From contig NC_006512.1 in the NCBI RefSeq assembly GCF_000008465.1, forward strand, positions 990,001-1,022,000: DNA of 32,000 nt. The letters run 5' to 3'. A program made the translations under genes and the position numbers. The stretch comes from Idiomarina loihiensis L2TR. Lineage in GTDB: Bacteria > Pseudomonadota > Gammaproteobacteria > Enterobacterales > Alteromonadaceae. Below the pieces are notes generated by a model. That model saw nothing but the letters and a program-made list of their open reading frames with translations, was not told the origin of the DNA and made no database searches. Below, one piece after another: positions 30,806 to 32,000 of this stretch (position 1 is the first letter of the stretch; every line of letters starts with the position of its first letter).

Positions 30806-31191
30806 TAATCGTCTCCGCTGTTTTCGCTGCTTTTCTTATCTCGTTCACGAGCTTCTGCAACCAATTTGCCCATACGAATCCCTTCATTTAAAGAAGCGTC
30901 GTGCTGAAACCTTAGTTGCGGAACAATGCGTGCTTTGATGCGCTTACCCAATAAAGATCGAATGAAGCCTGAGGCTTCATTCAATACTTTTAACGCCTGC
31001 TTAGTTTGCTCAGGGTCATCCTGGAAAAAGGTAACAAACACTTTGGCATAAGCTAAGTCACGAGAAACTTCCACGTCGGATACTGTGACCATGCTAACGC
31101 GAGGATCTTTTATCTCACGTTGCAGGATCATAGCGATTTCTCGTTGTAGCTGATGCCGTACCCTTTCGGTACGGCTAAACTCTTGAGCCAT
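30805..31191 (-). CDS. rbfA: Ribosome-binding factor A
   Basis: 128 aa ([25 protein letters not shown]...). It sits in the conserved infB-rbfA-truB order. Confidence 0.93.
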   Translation of the reverse strand: MAQEFSRTERVRHQLQREIAMILQREIKDPRVSMVTVSDVEVSRDLAYAKVFVTFFQDDPEQTKQALKVLNEASGFIRSLLGKRIKARIVPQLRFQHDASLNEGIRMGKLVAEARERDKKSSENSGDD

Positions 31192-31209
31192 AAATTCCTG
31201 TGTCCTTGA

Positions 31210-32000
31210 TTACAGCGTACGTTCAATCTGAATGGTTTCGAAGACTTCAATTTGGTCGCCTTCTTTGACATCGTTGTAGTTCTTAACACCGATACCACAT
31301 TCCATGCCGTTACGAACTTCCTGAACGTCGTCTTTAAAGCGACGTAAAGATTCTAGTTCGCCTTCGTAGATAACAACGTTATCACGCAATACGCGAATTG
31401 GAGCAGAACGCTTCACCACACCTTCAGTTACCATACAACCAGCAATGGCACCAATCTTAGGTGATTTAAAGACATCACGAACTTCGGCTAAACCAATAAT
31501 CTGCTGTTTAAACTCGGGCTGCAGCATACCGCTCATTGCCGCTTTAACTTCGTCAATTAAGTCGTAAATAACGCTGTAATAGCGTAAGTCGACACTTTCC
31601 TGTTCAACCAGTTTTCTGGCTGCAGCTTCAGCACGAACGTTAAAACCAACAACAATGGCATTTGAGGCACTGGCCAGAGAAATATCGGTTTCGGTGATAC
31701 CACCAACGCCGCTACCGATGATGTTCACTTTTACTTCATCAGTTGACAGTTTGGTTAAGGCATCAGAAATCGCTTCCAGTGACCCTTGTACGTCAGACTT
31801 AAGTACAATATTAAGCTCAGCAACATCACCTTCGGCCATGTCCGCAAACATGTTTTCCAGTTTCGCTTTCTGTTGCTTGGCTAATTTCACATCACGGTAT
31901 TTACCCTGACGATAGTTAGCTACTTCACGCGCTTTACGCTCGTCTCTGACAACCGTTGCTTCGTCGCCTGCCTGAGGAACACCGGACAGACCCAGTATTT
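31210..32000 (-). CDS. infB: Translation initiation factor IF-2, C-terminal part (partial, runs off the right edge)
   Basis: The reading frame stays open upstream of the track's internal GTG at 31890 (...[27 protein letters not shown]...). The C-terminal domains match IF-2, ending ...[16 protein letters not shown]. Confidence 0.93.
   Translation of the reverse strand, partial: ILGLSGVPQAGDEATVVRDERKAREVANYRQGKYRDVKLAKQQKAKLENMFADMAEGDVAELNIVLKSDVQGSLEAISDALTKLSTDEVKVNIIGSGVGGITETDISLASASNAIVVGFNVRAEAAARKLVEQESVDLRYYSVIYDLIDEVKAAMSGMLQPEFKQQIIGLAEVRDVFKSPKIGAIAGCMVTEGVVKRSAPIRVLRDNVVIYEGELESLRRFKDDVQEVRNGMECGIGVKNYNDVKEGDQIEVFETIQIERTL

Overview
This 32-kb window comes from a gammaproteobacterial chromosome. 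Protein sequences and gene order suggest an Alteromonadales/Idiomarina-like marine organism, but that is an inference. It is almost wall-to-wall conserved housekeeping genes, tightly packed and mostly operonic. The order is: a partial exported protein (-), fumC, an SDR oxidoreductase, a five-gene tRNA operon (Met-Leu-Gln-Gln-Leu), a ubiF-like hydroxylase (-), an EamA transporter, miaB-ybeZ-ybeY-corC-lnt, a 65-aa membrane ORF, leuS-lptE-holA-nadD, rsfS-rlmH-mrdA-rodA-mltB-rlpA-dacA-ybeD-lipB-lipA, and a MAPEG protein. On the minus strand follow an orphan exported HExxH protein, nlpI, pnp, rpsO, truB, rbfA and the 3' part of infB. I saw no CRISPR array, IS or transposase, integrase, phage genes, toxin-antitoxin pair, recognisable defence genes, or long non-coding stretch. 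I would class this as an ordinary core-genome region, not an accessory island. The only place where conserved synteny breaks is about 24.6-26.2 kb, the junction between the lipA block and the nlpI-pnp block. A MAPEG membrane protein sits there. So does an uncharacterised 385-aa exported protein with Sel1-like repeats and an HExxH metallopeptidase motif, which starts 11 nt after the nlpI stop. That nlpI-linked putative periplasmic protease is my best candidate for undescribed biology, at moderate interest only. All promoter and terminator calls were made by eye and are low to moderate confidence.
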